From positions 128,001 to 192,000 of the forward strand of contig CAWBWI010000006.1 in NCBI GenBank assembly GCA_963792585.1: a DNA stretch of 64,000 nucleotides. The letters run 5' to 3'. This DNA comes from Candidatus Eiseniibacteriota bacterium (GTDB lineage Bacteria > Eisenbacteria > RBG-16-71-46 > CAIMUX01 > VGJL01). Each line of letters begins with the position of its first letter. The first letter of the stretch is position 1. A model generated the notes under the pieces. That model had not been told where the DNA came from and made no database searches. It saw only the letters and a list, made by a program, of their open reading frames with translations. This document shows, one piece after another, positions 16,501-28,066 of this stretch. The position numbers and the translations under genes are program-made.

Positions 16501-19231
16501 GGACGATGGGATCCGGTCGGCTCGCCGCGTGTCGGCTCTCTTCGGCTCCCCTCAGATCGAGATCCCTCTGGCGGGATCGCTCCCCTGGGGCCTCTTCGTA
16601 CAGGCGATCCTGATCGGCCCCCCGTCGGTCCCCCAGGGGGACACGGTCGTCCGACGGTTGCCCTATTTCGGCTGGGGACAGACCTTCTTGAACATTCGCC
16701 CCGACGAATGGAAGTTGAATGTACAAGTCGGCACCGATCATCCGGCCTACCGTCCCGGGGACGAGGTGACCGTGCTCGTCGCGGTCGCGGACGCCCACGG
16801 CAACCCGGTCACCGGGCAGGCAACATTGGCGGTCGTCGACGACGCGATCTTCCAGTTGACCGGCGAGTACACGCCCGACCCGGTCTCGGCGCTCTATCGC
16901 TGGCGCGGCATGGGCGCCGAGTACGACGACGTGCGCAGCAGCCTGCAGATGCCTGCGCGTGGAGAGAAGGGGACGATGTCTCCGGGCGGCGACGGGGGCG
17001 AGGAGGGAGGCGGGCTTCGCAAGCGCTTCGTGGCCACCGCGCACTGGGAAGCGCTCGTGCCGCTCGGACCCGACGGCCGCGCGACGATGCGTTTCCGGCT
17101 CGCGGACGACCTGACCCGATATCGGTTCCGCGTCCTCGCCTCCTCCGGCGTCGATCGTTTCGGCTACGGCGAGACGAAGGCGGACGTGCGCAAACCAATG
17201 CAGATCGAGTGGGCGAGCCCGCGCTTTGTGCGAGACGGGGACGAGCCGGAGATCGCCGCCGTGGTTCGCGGCGAATTCTCCCGGGAAACCGAAGTGAAGC
17301 TGGGGGTGGCCGTGGAGGGCGCGCGCCTCGGCGGCAAGAAGGAGAGGAAGCTCAAGGTCCCCCCTGGGGGGAGCGCGCGCACGGGCATCTCCCTCACGGA
17401 ACCGGGGACGAACGGGATCCGGTTGACCTTGAGGGCCGCCGGCGTCGACAAATCCGACGGCGCAGGCATCTCCGACGCCGTCGAGGTCGCGATCCCGTAC
17501 GACCGTCCCATCCTCTGGGACCGCGAGTTCCTCTTCGGGAAGGTCGATCCCCTCCTGCGCACGACCATCGAAACGCGCAGCACCGCCCTGCCCGAACTGG
17601 GGGGCCTCACGACCGTTGTCGGGCCCTCCCTCCTGAGCGGGATGGACGATGCGCTCGCCTACGCGATCGACTACCCGTACGGGTGCCTCGAGCAGTTGAC
17701 CGGCAGCGTGCTGGCGATCGCAACGGAGGACCGGCTCGCCCGCCATCTGGGCCAACCGCTCGTTCCCGAGATGCAGCGCGAACGCGCCGCGAAGCTCGAG
17801 GCCGCCCTCGCAGGGATCGGCCGGTGCGTCTCCTCCTGGGAGATCCACTCGTGGCCGACGCCCGACGCGCATCCTGCGAGCGACTACACCATCGGCTACG
17901 CGCTCTACGGCCTTCTCCGGGCGCGCGAAGCGGGGCTCGAGGTGCCGCGCTCGCTCATCGATCGATTCGGAGACGAGGCGGCCGAGCGGTTCAGCAGGCT
18001 CCTTTCCGAAACCGAGGATCGCGACCCCGCGAGGCTCCGCCGGCTGGCGGAGGAAGGACCCTGGCTCGCCTGGACGCTCTCCGTCGCGGACCGCGACCGG
18101 CCGGTCGACTCATTGCGGGTTCGCATCGATGACGTCGAGGCGCTGCTCGCGACGCGATCGACCTCCCCCCTCGAATCGAGGATCATGCTGGGCTTGGTGA
18201 TGACAAACCTGCGTTCGCGCGAGGACGCGAAATCCCTGACCCGAAACACCGAGGGGCTCTCCTCCCTGCTCATCCGGCAGATCCAGGACCACGAAATGCA
18301 GAGGACCGGCCGATCGGTCTGGCTGAGTCCGACCGACCGGAGTTGGGGCGACGGGATCGGCGGTGACGTGCGGGCGACCGCGCTGTTCTTGCGTTTCCTC
18401 GCTTCGGTCGATCCGTCCAACGCCGACATCCCGGGCTTGATCGCGTGGCTGCTGGAACAGCGGCGACCGACCAGCGGCGCATGGTCGAACAACCACACGA
18501 CGGCGCTCACGCTCGATCTGCTCACCTCCACCGTGACGGCGCTCGAAGGACCGCCCACCGACGTGTCGGGTACGGTCGGTGTGGGCAGTGTCTTCGACGA
18601 ATTCCACTTCGGCACACGGCGCAACGGCGCCTGGAGGAAATGGGTCCCGATGGCGGAGCTGTTCCGGCAAGGAGGCCCCGCGGGCAGCACGGTTCTGCGG
18701 GTCGAGACGCGCGGCCAGCGGCCCGTCTACTGCACCGCAACCCTCGAGCAGGCGCGGCCGGCCCTCGACGCTCCCGCGCGCGAGGAGGGGATGATCGTCG
18801 ACCGTTCCTATGTCGACGCGAAGGGTGAGTTCCTCGGAGATCGGATTCCTCTCGGAGAACCGCTCTTCGTCCACCTCTCGATCGTCGTCTCCCGCGATGC
18901 GAAGACGCTGCTCGTCGAGGATCCGCTGCCGGGCGGAATCGAGGCGATCAACCTCGCTTTCAAGAATGCGCCCACCGTCTCGATGGGCGATGAACCGGAT
19001 GCCGTGGATGCGACGGCGCTTCCGATCGTCTACCGGGAACTCCAGGATCGTTCCGTGCGCCTCTTCGCGGAGGATGTCGCGGCGGGGATCTATCACGTCT
19101 ACTACCCCGCGATCGCCACGACCGGCGGCTCCTATCGTGTACCGGGAGCGAGGGCCGAGATGCTCTACAGCCCCGAGATCTACGCGACGAGTCCTCCGCA
19201 AACCCTGCGGATCGAGGCCGCGCGGCGGTGA
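13571..19231 (+). CDS. Bacterial alpha-2-macroglobulin (YfhM-like)
   Basis: TDRPLYRPGE, FRVEEYRLPRF, YPYGCLEQ thioester motif, AEMLYSPE; ATG 13571 after GGAGG; coupled to pbpC. Confidence 0.93.
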   Translation: MMNDRRRLLLPSILVLLGSLVAFAILHGETPRKSTGELEVRMVSPRGDVGALHAIDVVFGEAMVPLGIRGKAKGTPPLTIDPEIRGSFSWMGSNALTFVPREAVPAGTRLVCRIPRGTRSLEGKSTSSDYAWEIVVGRPELLRTVPERGGLHAPDEPIYLAFSVPPSDAAADSVRLIGLSGAIPLTRVAPDSEAIRQLIRRRDRSMGAANILALQPGRSLTPGEGYRIIVAPGIPFETAGVGLAKADSISFAVMGDPSMSSVAVRGGGFDIDFAGPVDPDSLRRYLSITPSVGSIEIQPYSGTSMRISSDRVRAGTGYELRLRAGMPSLFGLRLAADQRMNVEVPHRASRLRIVPSDGYVPDVKGLAIRIEGTNLETVEIRGGWVRADSLPARLTGYRRSLGNVPLGRIGFWAEPRNTPDSARALQIPLERFGPRPAGTQAIQIRVYGRALFPDEEGRKADLRDDGLIQITDLGISAISGRNRGLAWVTRLSTAESVSGAKLQIRVPGIAKPLWTGTTGTDGLVWMPSLRDLEIPASRTPVVSVATGKETVWLKLSYFQGSWAGAASVADTIAAYGFTDRPLYRPGEAVRWLVLTRSLTRGGLADAGRAAMSYQIHAPDGRTVDRGTIALESPGQGSGSYTIPAGAPLGSHDITFYPTRDASGRACGSAYFRVEEYRLPRFEARLQAPDRPVASGSRAEITGRFAYLNGGPLAGAPVRWTITRAPDWETPREFAGYLFFDPRARSDFEEESYGMTRVAAGEALLDAEGRLRLPVTPDLSGLGQDQTYYVEIGARDLADRSAYDVVTFPVARANIRVGARVALEPRAKDRAVEISAVCLDSTNHARAGVPLRWTIEKRLWKTVRVRRIGGVFGYENVPMDSVAATGVAPSGPAPIKFRWVPPGPGNYSILVEATDDAGRTTRGRDEVWVPGAETGSWYRDDQAWLELKPDRDNYAPSDTARILLPAPAIRTDGLVLLLDDGIRSARRVSALFGSPQIEIPLAGSLPWGLFVQAILIGPPSVPQGDTVVRRLPYFGWGQTFLNIRPDEWKLNVQVGTDHPAYRPGDEVTVLVAVADAHGNPVTGQATLAVVDDAIFQLTGEYTPDPVSALYRWRGMGAEYDDVRSSLQMPARGEKGTMSPGGDGGEEGGGLRKRFVATAHWEALVPLGPDGRATMRFRLADDLTRYRFRVLASSGVDRFGYGETKADVRKPMQIEWASPRFVRDGDEPEIAAVVRGEFSRETEVKLGVAVEGARLGGKKERKLKVPPGGSARTGISLTEPGTNGIRLTLRAAGVDKSDGAGISDAVEVAIPYDRPILWDREFLFGKVDPLLRTTIETRSTALPELGGLTTVVGPSLLSGMDDALAYAIDYPYGCLEQLTGSVLAIATEDRLARHLGQPLVPEMQRERAAKLEAALAGIGRCVSSWEIHSWPTPDAHPASDYTIGYALYGLLRAREAGLEVPRSLIDRFGDEAAERFSRLLSETEDRDPARLRRLAEEGPWLAWTLSVADRDRPVDSLRVRIDDVEALLATRSTSPLESRIMLGLVMTNLRSREDAKSLTRNTEGLSSLLIRQIQDHEMQRTGRSVWLSPTDRSWGDGIGGDVRATALFLRFLASVDPSNADIPGLIAWLLEQRRPTSGAWSNNHTTALTLDLLTSTVTALEGPPTDVSGTVGVGSVFDEFHFGTRRNGAWRKWVPMAELFRQGGPAGSTVLRVETRGQRPVYCTATLEQARPALDAPAREEGMIVDRSYVDAKGEFLGDRIPLGEPLFVHLSIVVSRDAKTLLVEDPLPGGIEAINLAFKNAPTVSMGDEPDAVDATALPIVYRELQDRSVRLFAEDVAAGIYHVYYPAIATTGGSYRVPGARAEMLYSPEIYATSPPQTLRIEAARR

Positions 19232-21666
19232 AGCGTCCGCTCCGATACGCCGTCGCGCGGCGCGTCCTCTGGTCGATGGCGTGCTTCGCCATCGCGATCG
19301 CCGCGCTCTTCGGGGCGGTCCGCCTCGCGAGCGTGCCGCGTGCGCTCGAGAGTCCGCCGAACCCCTCGGTCGTCATTCTCGATCGGCAGGGGGGAAGGAT
19401 CGCCGTTCAGAGGAACGCGGAGGCGCATCTGCTCGAGCGGGCGCGGCTCTCTGTGATCGATCCGCTGCTCGTGCGCGCGACCCTCGCCGCGGAAGACCAC
19501 CGATTCGAGCGGCATCCCGGGATCGATCCGCTCGCGCTCGCGCGCGCGTGCGGGCGCGCTCTGGCGGGGGGCCGCGCGCTGGGAGGCGCATCGACGTTGA
19601 CGATGCAGGTCGTTCGGTGCTCGCAGGGACCGCCGCGCGGGATTCGCGGCCGGATCGCCGAGGTCTGGTGGTCCCTCGTGCTGGAAGCCCACCGGTCCAA
19701 GTCCGAGATCCTCGAGCGCTACTTCGACGAGGCGCCTTACCGAAGCGGGATCTCGGGCGTCGTCGCCGCGTCTCGTTCCCTCTTCGCGAAGCCCCCCTCG
19801 GCGCTCTCCCCCGCCGAGGCGGCGCTGCTCGCCGCGCTTCCACGGGCGCCGTCGAGGCTCGATCCGGCGCGTCATCCCTCGGCGGCGCGCATCGCGCGAA
19901 ACGAGGTTCTTCGCAGAATGGAGCGGCTCGGGTGGCTCTCCGCCGCCGAGGCGCGCCGGGCCGCGGAGTCGCCGATCGATCTCGCGCCGGCCTCCGCGCG
20001 TCGAGCGCCCCACTTCGCGGACTGGATACTCGCCTCGCTGGAGGGAAGAGGCGGCCGGGCCGCGCGGATCACCACCACGCTCGATCCGAGGATTCAGACG
20101 GAGGCCGAACGAGCCGTACGCGAACGCGTGGCGCAGCTGCGCGCGCGCGATGTCCGGGGGGGCGCCGCGATCGTCCTCGCCACGCGCAGCGCTGAGATTC
20201 TCGCGCTCGTCGGTTCCCCCGACTACGCGTCTCCCGAAGCCGGGCAATTCAACGCCGCCCTCGCCCCGCGGCAACCGGGAAGCGCGGTCAAGCCGTTCAC
20301 CTATGCCGTCGCATTCGCCCGCGACCTGCGCCCGTCGACGGTGCTCGCCGATATCCCGGTCTCGTACGAAGGGCCTGACGGGACGTTCGCGCCCCGCAAC
20401 TACGCCGGCACATTCTCGGGCCCGGTCTCCGCGCGTCTGGCTCTGGCGAACTCGTGGAATGTCCCCGCCGTCGAGGCCCTTCGCCGCGCCGATCCGGCCG
20501 CCGTCGCGCGCGGTTTCGAGGCCGTCGGACTCGCCTGCGCCGACCTCGACCGCCTCGGCCTCGGTCTGACCCTCGGCGCGGGAGAGGTCTCGCTCCTCGA
20601 TCTCGCGGCCGCCTACGCGACCCTCGCGCGCGGCGGGACATGGCTCGCGCCCCGGGCGATCATCGGCGCAATCGACGCGGAAGGCGATGCAGTCGGTCTC
20701 CCGCCGTCCGAACGCCGTCCCGCCCTCGATCCCACCGCCTGCGCCTGGGTCAACGAGATCCTGAGCGATCCGGCGGCCCGCGCGGCGGCCTTCGATCGTG
20801 GGGGCGTGCTCGAGATGCCCGGAGCCGTGGCCGCGAAGACGGGCACCTCGTCGGACTGGCGCGACGCATGGGCCGTCCTCTACACGAGCGAGCACGTCGT
20901 GGCCGTCTGGATGGGAAACCCCGACGCGCGCCCGACCGACCGGGTCACCGGGGCGGAGGGACCCGCGGTCGCCGCGCGCGCGATCCTCGAAGCAATCGAG
21001 GCCGGTCGTCCCGCGCCCCCCTTCGCCTCTCCCGAGGGAATCGAGCGACGCGCCCTCTGTCCCTTGTCGGGACGCGCGGCGGGACCGCACTGCCCGCAAA
21101 CCGATTTCGAGCCGTTCCGCTCGACCGATCCTCCGCTGCCGCAGTGCGACGCGCACGTCGCCCTCACGATCGACGTCACGACGGGCTTGCTTGCGCGCCC
21201 GTGCACGGCGGTCGCGCGCCGTCGCTCCGTCGTCTTCGCCCGGCTGCCGGCGCGCTACGCGACCTGGCAGGCCGACCGCGGCCTACCGGTCCCACCGACA
21301 ACGGGAACGCGGTGCATCTGCGGCCTCGCGGACTGCGCGCCCCTCGATCGCCCCCTCGCGCCCCGCCGGGAGACCGATCGCTTTGCGATCGTGCGGCCGG
21401 TCGATGGCACCGTGATCGCGCTCGATCCGACCCTGGCGGCCGCGCAGCAGGAACTGGCGCTCGAAGCGGTCGCGCCCGCGGGTGCGGCCGTCGTCTGGAA
21501 GATCGATGGGAAGATCCGGGGCACGACGACCGGCCCGCACCGCATCTTCTGGCCTCCAGCCGCCGGTCGCCACACGATCGAGGCGACGACCTCGCAGGGT
21601 GGTGGGGAATCTTCGTGCATCGTGACCGTTCTGGCGGGGGAGCCGAGCGCGGAGTCGATTCGCTAG
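19228..21666 (+). CDS. pbpC: Penicillin-binding protein 1C
   Basis: Transglycosylase EDHRF..HPGID and GASTLTMQ; transpeptidase SAVK, SWN, KTG; C-terminal PbpC domain; GTGA overlap with A2M. Confidence 0.92.
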   Translation: MKRPLRYAVARRVLWSMACFAIAIAALFGAVRLASVPRALESPPNPSVVILDRQGGRIAVQRNAEAHLLERARLSVIDPLLVRATLAAEDHRFERHPGIDPLALARACGRALAGGRALGGASTLTMQVVRCSQGPPRGIRGRIAEVWWSLVLEAHRSKSEILERYFDEAPYRSGISGVVAASRSLFAKPPSALSPAEAALLAALPRAPSRLDPARHPSAARIARNEVLRRMERLGWLSAAEARRAAESPIDLAPASARRAPHFADWILASLEGRGGRAARITTTLDPRIQTEAERAVRERVAQLRARDVRGGAAIVLATRSAEILALVGSPDYASPEAGQFNAALAPRQPGSAVKPFTYAVAFARDLRPSTVLADIPVSYEGPDGTFAPRNYAGTFSGPVSARLALANSWNVPAVEALRRADPAAVARGFEAVGLACADLDRLGLGLTLGAGEVSLLDLAAAYATLARGGTWLAPRAIIGAIDAEGDAVGLPPSERRPALDPTACAWVNEILSDPAARAAAFDRGGVLEMPGAVAAKTGTSSDWRDAWAVLYTSEHVVAVWMGNPDARPTDRVTGAEGPAVAARAILEAIEAGRPAPPFASPEGIERRALCPLSGRAAGPHCPQTDFEPFRSTDPPLPQCDAHVALTIDVTTGLLARPCTAVARRRSVVFARLPARYATWQADRGLPVPPTTGTRCICGLADCAPLDRPLAPRRETDRFAIVRPVDGTVIALDPTLAAAQQELALEAVAPAGAAVVWKIDGKIRGTTTGPHRIFWPPAAGRHTIEATTSQGGGESSCIVTVLAGEPSAESIR

Positions 21667-22283
21667 CTACAGCACTCGTCGCCGCGAAGTCCCTCGATCC
21701 CCTCCTTGACGAGCCACGGAACCATCAGAAGCGCGGCCACGGGATCCGCCCACCACCAGCCGAGTGCGGCGTTGGCAGCGAGCCCGAGCAGGAGCGCGGC
21801 GGACAGATAGGCGCAGGCGAGGGTTTCCTTCGCCTCCGCGCGAAGGGCGCCGCTGCGGATCCGCGCTGCCTCCCGCAGTTTGAGCAGTGAGAGAACGGGC
21901 ATGATGATCAGCGAGGCGACCGCCAAACCGATTCCCACGACGCTTTCCGCGGCCCGCGCGCGCGTGTGGAGGCTCCAGCCCGATTCGGCGAGAACATAGA
22001 GGGCGAGCGCGATGAAGGTGATTCCGACGAATCGGCGCACGCGCCGCTCGCTCGCCTCCACCTCCTCGTGGTCGGCGCCTTGGGACTCCACGGCGAGCCT
22101 CCAGTGCAGGACGCCCGCCGCAGCGCACTCGATCACGCTGTCGAGTCCGAATCCGACAAGCGCGATACTCTCCGCCCGCGTCCCGGAGGCGAGGGCGATC
22201 CCTGCTTCCACCACGTTATAGGCGAGCGTCCCTCCGACGAGCCAAAGCGCCGCGCGCACCCCACCCTTCGCCGTTTCCGCCAT
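21663..22283 (-). CDS. Cation efflux (CDF-related) membrane transporter lacking the C-terminal domain
   Basis: [34 protein letters not shown]; six TM segments; upstream TTGCCT-17-TAGCAT. Confidence 0.85.
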   Translation of the reverse strand: MAETAKGGVRAALWLVGGTLAYNVVEAGIALASGTRAESIALVGFGLDSVIECAAAGVLHWRLAVESQGADHEEVEASERRVRRFVGITFIALALYVLAESGWSLHTRARAAESVVGIGLAVASLIIMPVLSLLKLREAARIRSGALRAEAKETLACAYLSAALLLGLAANAALGWWWADPVAALLMVPWLVKEGIEGLRGDECCS

Positions 22284-22311
22284 CCAACCTCCCGGCCGTG
22301 CCCAATGCTAT

Positions 22312-25300
22312 GTGGGACAAGAGGATAAGGCAAGCACCGCGAGGAGCGTTCCACGGGGACGTGCCTTCCGGACTCCGTCACCGTTTGCGGGCGCCGCAAC
22401 TCCAAGCCCGGCTTGCTCAAGGGCGATTCTCCGCAGGCCGATAAGAGATGTGACGGACGCTGCGCGGCCGTCCCGCGACAGGCGCGGGACGGCCGGCGGC
22501 GTCGTGAACGCATCATGCGGAGGAATCCTGGAGACGACTCCCTCGCGCACCGACCTCTGGAGTCGGCCCTCGAAGCACTGGCCAACCGTGGCTGTCCTCG
22601 CGATCTCCTTGCTGGTGACCGGGGTCGCCTGGTGGTGGGGGTGCGTGGAGGTTCGCGTGGATACGCGGCATCGATTCGATGCTGCCGCGGATCGGACGCG
22701 CCTGATGATCCTGGACCGACTCGGGGTCAGCGCGGAAGCGGTCGTGAGAGGCCAAAGCCTCGTCGACGGCAGTCGCGAGATCACGTCTGAAGAGTGGGAG
22801 CGCTTCGTCGACCTGCTCGGCCTCGGCCTGAGCTATCCCGGGATCAAGGGGCTCTCCATCGTCGTGCCCGAGAACCGGCCGGAGGGAATCGCATACGACA
22901 TCCGCCTCGTCGAACCGGCGCACTCCAGCCTCTGGCAACGGGGCTCCGACCTATCGACGGTTCTCCCGGCGCGCGCAGCGCTCGATCTCTCACTCCAGCA
23001 CGACGAGGTGACGCTTTCGGGAAAGCTCCCGAATCCCTCCCTGATACCGAACGATGCCGACTTGTTGATCTGCGTGCCGGTCCACCATGCGAACCTGGCC
23101 CCATCCGGGGACCATCCCAGTCGAGGGGACCTCACGGTTTGGGTCGCTGCCCACGTCAGACTCTCAGATCTGCTCCAGGGGATGCCCGACGTCGGCAACG
23201 GGCGTCTTGCCGTCGAGATCGTGGACGGCGCGGCTCCCGGTGCGTCGAATCCTCTCTTCGACACGGCCCCTGCGGCCTTCGGCGCCACGCGGCATACCGA
23301 GGACGCCGAGTTGCACAGCCGGGAGACGATCCGGTTTGGCGGCCGTGTATGGTCCATCACAATCACTGCCACACCCGAAGGCTTCGGCGTCGATTCCGCG
23401 CGTCCGTGGTGGATCCTCCTGGCGGGAGTCGCCATCGCAGCGATGCTCACCTGGATCGTGCATACTCTCTCCACCGCGAGGGCCCGCGCCACCCGTATCG
23501 CGGCGGAGATGACGCTCACCCTGAGATCCAGCGAGGAGCGCACCCGGCTGATCATCGAGAACGCGATGGATGCGGTCTTCTCGGTGGACGACGAGGGCAA
23601 TGTGAGTGATTGGGGTCCTCAAGCCGAGAGAATCTTCGGCTGGGGCTCTAAGGAGATCACCGGCCGCCCCGTCGTGCCGACCCTCTTCTCTCCGGAAAGT
23701 CGCATGACCAACGCGCTCCTGTTCCCGCGCGCCGGAACGTCCTGCGCCCAAGAGAAACAAAGGATCGAAACGACAGCGCTGCGGGCCGATGGGACTTGTT
23801 TCCCGGCGGAACTGTCGATCTCCCCCGTGCTTGGTGGCGGGACGACCACCTTCAGCGTCTTCGCGCGGGACATCACGGAGCGCTGGCAGGCGCAGGAGGC
23901 CCTTCGCTATCGAGACGCCATCCTCGAGGCGGTCGGCTATGCGGCGGAACGGCTCATCACGAGCGTCTCCTGGCAGGAGCGGGTCGATGAGGTGCTCGCC
24001 GCCCTCGGCCGCGCAGCCGAAGTGAGCCGAGTCTATGTCTTCGCCAACCGTCGAGGACCGAGAGGCGAGATCCTCACCGACCAGATGTTCGAGTGGGTCG
24101 CGGAAGGAATTCGCCCCGAAATCGGAAACCCCGATCTCCAGGGACTCCGCCTGCCGGAAGTCGGACTCGCTCGCGTCGAGGAGAACCTCGAAAGAGGGAA
24201 AATCTACCACGGCATCATCTCCAAGCTGCCGGAGTGCGAGCGGCCGCTCTTCATGCAGGAGAACATCCAGTCGATCGCCCTCGTGCCGATCTTCGTCGGG
24301 GGGTCATGGTGGGGCTTCATCGGTTTCGACGAGTGCCTGCGAGAACGGGACTGGACGACTCCCGAGATCGAGGCGCTGCACACCGCTGCCGGGATTCTCG
24401 GCGGCGCGGTGCAGAGGCATCAGGTCGAACGGGCGCTGGGAGACAGCGAAGAACGATTCCGCTCGGCCGTCGAGGCGATGGATGAGGGTGTGATCGTCCG
24501 CAACGTGGATGGATCCCTTCGGCTCTGGAACAGGAGCGCGGCGCGACTCCTTGGCATGCCGCCGGAGGAAATGCGGGCTTCGGACTTCCACATGCAGCCT
24601 GCAGGGCGACTCACGCGCAAGGACGGCACCCCGATCACCCCCGAGGAGCAGGCCTCGGCGATCGCGATCATGACGGAGCGACCGGTGCGCAACATGGTCG
24701 TGCAGATGAAGATGGAGGGCGTCGAGCCGAAAACCTTCTTGGTCAGCTCCATCCCCCTCGTCCAGGCGGGGCAGTCGAGCCCCTACGCCGTCCTGAGCAC
24801 CTTCACCGACATCTCGGAGCAGCGGCACAACGAGTTGGCTTTGCGGGAGAGCGAGAATCGGTTTCGTAACCTCTTCGAGAGTTCCCCCATGGGCATCGGG
24901 ATCACGCGGGATGGCGTCCTGCTCTATACGAACACCACCCTGGTCCGCATGTTCGGCTTCGAGAACGAGAGCGAGCTGTGCGGAAGATCGCTCGTCAACG
25001 TCACCGCGCCGGAGTATCAGATCGACATCGCGAACCGGATCGCCCTGCGTCGCGCCGGCGATCCGACCCTGAGCGTCTACGAAACCGTTTGTAGGCGGAA
25101 AGACGGCTCGACCTTCCCGGCGAACATCGAGCTCGCCGACATCCAGCTACCGGACGGGCCGGCGCAGGTCGGCTTCTGGGCGGACATCTCCGAACGACGG
25201 CAGGCGGAGGAGGAGATCCTCCAGTCCGAAGAGCGATTCTCGAAGGCGTTCCACTCCAATCCGGCGCCGCTCTGCATCTGGTCCCCGACGATGGGCATAG

Positions 25301-28029
25301 TCGACGCGAACCGTAGGTTCGTCGAATTGGTCGACTACTCCAAGGAAGAGGTGCTCGGCGACCTGTCGTTCCTCTCCAAGATCTACGTCCACCCGGATGA
25401 CGCGTCAAGACTGGATGCGCTCATCGCGCAGGGTCCGGTGCGTGACTTCGAGGTCGATGTCAAGCGCAAGGGCGGCGACGTCCGCCGGCTCCTTCTCTCG
25501 ATCGAAGAGGTTCAGATCCGCGGGGAAGCCTGTCTGCTCTCGACATTCCAGGACGTCACGGAACGCTGGCGGGCCGAGGAAGCCCTGCGCGAGAGCGAAG
25601 AGCGATTCCGCACGGCGATAAACTCGATGCAGGAGGGCCTCATCGTCTGGTACGGCGAGGGCGGGCGTGGGCTCTGCAACCAGAGCGCCGCGCGCATCCT
25701 CGCCCGAGACATGGATGAGTTGCAGTCCCACGCTCCGGACGATCCGTGGTGGGCCGCGCTCCAGGAAGACGGTTCGCCGTTCCCGGTCGAAAAGCAGCCG
25801 ACGGTTCTCGCGTACCGGACGGGACTCATCCAGCGCGACGTGCTGGTGAACTTCGTTCGACCCGACGGCAATCGAGTCAGCCTCTCCGTCAACGCGATTC
25901 CCCTCTTTCACTCGGGAGTGGAGCGCCCGTACGCCGTCGTCGCCACGCTCAGCGACATCACGGAGCGGCGGCGATTCGACGAGCAGATCCGGATCTACAT
26001 GGAGCAACTCGAGGACGCCCGTGCAAACGCCGAGGAACAGACCCAGATGCTGCGCGTCCAGGCGCAGGCTCTGGCCGCGGCCCGCGACCAGGCCATCGCC
26101 GCGACGCGAGCGAAGTCGGACTTTCTCGCGAACATGAGCCACGAGATCCGTACCCCGATGAACGGCATCATCGGGATGAGCGATCTGCTCTTCGAGACGC
26201 ACCTGGATGCCGAGCAATACGACTACGCCATGGCGATCCGCAACAGCGGCGACGCCCTCCTGACCCTCATCAACGACATTCTCGACTACTCGAAGATCGA
26301 GGCGGGAATGCTCATGATCGAGAAGATCCCTTGCGATCTCGGGTTGATCCTCGAGCAGCTGGGGGAACTCCTCGCGCCCCGCGCCCACGAGAAGGGGCTC
26401 GAGTTCGTCTGCATGGTTCCACCGGCGCTCCCCGCGAAGTTGCTGGGCGATCCCCTTCGGATCCGGCAGATCCTGACGAACCTCGCGGGGAACGCCATCA
26501 AGTTCACCGAGTCCGGAGAGGTCGTCATCGCCGCCGATATCACCGGTGAGTCGGACACGCACACCAACCTGCGGATCTCGGTCCGAGACACAGGAATCGG
26601 GATCTCGCCCGAGATGCAGGCCGCGGTCTTCGAGAGCTTCACGCAGGCGGACGGCAGCACGAGCCGGCGCTACGGGGGCACCGGACTGGGTCTGACGATT
26701 TCACGCCAGCTGGCGGGCTTGATGGGGGGCCAGATCGGGTTGACGAGCGCACCGGCCGAGGGGAGCACGTTCTGGCTCGACATCTCGCTGGAACGCTCAG
26801 CCGGAGATGCGGCGCAGGAGGTCCAGGCCAAGGATCTGCGCGTGCTCGTGGTCGACGACAATGCCTCGAGCCGACGGGCGATCGCCGAACGACTGCGCGC
26901 GCGCGGCTGCATCGTCGAGGAGGCGGCGACTCCGGGCGCGGCGCTCGGGACGCTGCGCGGGGCGGAACCGAACAGCTTCGGCCTCGTTCTGGTGGACCTG
27001 GAGATGCCCGAGATGGACGCGCGACAGCTCGCGCGGATCCTCCGGGATGAGAAGTCCATCGGCGCGCCGATTCTCGTACTTCTCGTTCCGATCGGCAGGC
27101 ACGTTACCTCGGACCAGGCGCGATATGACGGCTTCTCCGCGATCCTCCCCAAACCGATCCAGCGGGCGACGCTCGACGCCGTACTGAGCATGGCCCTCGG
27201 CATCGAGACCCCGCCCTGGGAGGAAACGCCCGAGCGGCCCTGCTGCGCGGACGAGCTGCCCGGAATCGAGAAGACACGAATCCTCCTGGCGGAGGACAAC
27301 ACGGTCAACCAGAAGCTCGTCCTGTGGATCCTCGAGAAGTGGGGTTGTCGCGCGACCGCGGTGACCACGGGCAAGGCGGCCCTCGAGGCGCTCGAACGAT
27401 CCGCCTATGACCTCGTCCTCATGGACGTACAGATGCCGGAGATGAACGGAATCGAGGCCACGCGCGAGATCCGGTCACGAGACGCGGTCGGCGGCCGGCA
27501 TACGCCGATCATCGCCATGACCGCGCACGCGATGGAGGGAGACCGGCAGCGCTGCCTCGACGCCGGGATGGACGACTACGTTCCCAAGCCGGTCCGGCCG
27601 CCCGAACTCCTTGCGGCCATCGGACGTGTGCTCTTCAAGCGGGCCGGATCGCAGGTCGCCGCGCCCGCGGAGCAGGATGGGGCATCCGTCTTCGACGCGG
27701 ACCGCCTCCGGGACACCTATGGGCTCGACCCCGAGGCCGAGCGCGAGGTCCTGGCCGAGTTTCTCATGGCCGCGCCGGCGCGTATGGAGCGGATGCGCGC
27801 GGCCATCGATGGCGAAGACGCCACCGCGGCAGGAATCGAGGCCCACACGCTCAAGGGAAGCTGTCGCATGCTGGGGGCGGACGCGCTCGCCGCGATCTGC
27901 GAGGAAATCGAGGGACGGGCCGACGCCGGCGATCACGCCGCCACGCTCGGCCTGCTCGCCGATGCGGAGAGGATCTTCGTCCGCCTCCGGGAACTCATGG
28001 AAGCGCACACGCGAAGGGAGGCGGCCTAG
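22312..28029 (+). CDS. Hybrid sensor histidine kinase: CHASE-PAS-GAF-4xPAS-HisKA-HATPase-REC-REC-HPt (true start uncertain, probably downstream of 22312)
   Basis: TM-flanked CHASE region; five SEERF-type PAS starts; [28 protein letters not shown] and MDVQMP receivers; AHTLKGS. Confidence 0.93.
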   Translation: MGQEDKASTARSVPRGRAFRTPSPFAGAATPSPACSRAILRRPIRDVTDAARPSRDRRGTAGGVVNASCGGILETTPSRTDLWSRPSKHWPTVAVLAISLLVTGVAWWWGCVEVRVDTRHRFDAAADRTRLMILDRLGVSAEAVVRGQSLVDGSREITSEEWERFVDLLGLGLSYPGIKGLSIVVPENRPEGIAYDIRLVEPAHSSLWQRGSDLSTVLPARAALDLSLQHDEVTLSGKLPNPSLIPNDADLLICVPVHHANLAPSGDHPSRGDLTVWVAAHVRLSDLLQGMPDVGNGRLAVEIVDGAAPGASNPLFDTAPAAFGATRHTEDAELHSRETIRFGGRVWSITITATPEGFGVDSARPWWILLAGVAIAAMLTWIVHTLSTARARATRIAAEMTLTLRSSEERTRLIIENAMDAVFSVDDEGNVSDWGPQAERIFGWGSKEITGRPVVPTLFSPESRMTNALLFPRAGTSCAQEKQRIETTALRADGTCFPAELSISPVLGGGTTTFSVFARDITERWQAQEALRYRDAILEAVGYAAERLITSVSWQERVDEVLAALGRAAEVSRVYVFANRRGPRGEILTDQMFEWVAEGIRPEIGNPDLQGLRLPEVGLARVEENLERGKIYHGIISKLPECERPLFMQENIQSIALVPIFVGGSWWGFIGFDECLRERDWTTPEIEALHTAAGILGGAVQRHQVERALGDSEERFRSAVEAMDEGVIVRNVDGSLRLWNRSAARLLGMPPEEMRASDFHMQPAGRLTRKDGTPITPEEQASAIAIMTERPVRNMVVQMKMEGVEPKTFLVSSIPLVQAGQSSPYAVLSTFTDISEQRHNELALRESENRFRNLFESSPMGIGITRDGVLLYTNTTLVRMFGFENESELCGRSLVNVTAPEYQIDIANRIALRRAGDPTLSVYETVCRRKDGSTFPANIELADIQLPDGPAQVGFWADISERRQAEEEILQSEERFSKAFHSNPAPLCIWSPTMGIVDANRRFVELVDYSKEEVLGDLSFLSKIYVHPDDASRLDALIAQGPVRDFEVDVKRKGGDVRRLLLSIEEVQIRGEACLLSTFQDVTERWRAEEALRESEERFRTAINSMQEGLIVWYGEGGRGLCNQSAARILARDMDELQSHAPDDPWWAALQEDGSPFPVEKQPTVLAYRTGLIQRDVLVNFVRPDGNRVSLSVNAIPLFHSGVERPYAVVATLSDITERRRFDEQIRIYMEQLEDARANAEEQTQMLRVQAQALAAARDQAIAATRAKSDFLANMSHEIRTPMNGIIGMSDLLFETHLDAEQYDYAMAIRNSGDALLTLINDILDYSKIEAGMLMIEKIPCDLGLILEQLGELLAPRAHEKGLEFVCMVPPALPAKLLGDPLRIRQILTNLAGNAIKFTESGEVVIAADITGESDTHTNLRISVRDTGIGISPEMQAAVFESFTQADGSTSRRYGGTGLGLTISRQLAGLMGGQIGLTSAPAEGSTFWLDISLERSAGDAAQEVQAKDLRVLVVDDNASSRRAIAERLRARGCIVEEAATPGAALGTLRGAEPNSFGLVLVDLEMPEMDARQLARILRDEKSIGAPILVLLVPIGRHVTSDQARYDGFSAILPKPIQRATLDAVLSMALGIETPPWEETPERPCCADELPGIEKTRILLAEDNTVNQKLVLWILEKWGCRATAVTTGKAALEALERSAYDLVLMDVQMPEMNGIEATREIRSRDAVGGRHTPIIAMTAHAMEGDRQRCLDAGMDDYVPKPVRPPELLAAIGRVLFKRAGSQVAAPAEQDGASVFDADRLRDTYGLDPEAEREVLAEFLMAAPARMERMRAAIDGEDATAAGIEAHTLKGSCRMLGADALAAICEEIEGRADAGDHAATLGLLADAERIFVRLRELMEAHTRREAA

Positions 28030-28066
28030 ACGGCCGCCTCCCGCACCCGTGCGCTCGGTGGTCCTC

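Noticed and set aside
15179..17872. Long antisense or alternate-frame ORFs (897 aa here; also 268-1755, 19180-21156, 32450-34693, 55754-57673)
   Set aside because: Shadow ORFs of GC3-rich genes; Arg/Gly/Pro-rich with no motifs, and fully overlapping well-supported genes.
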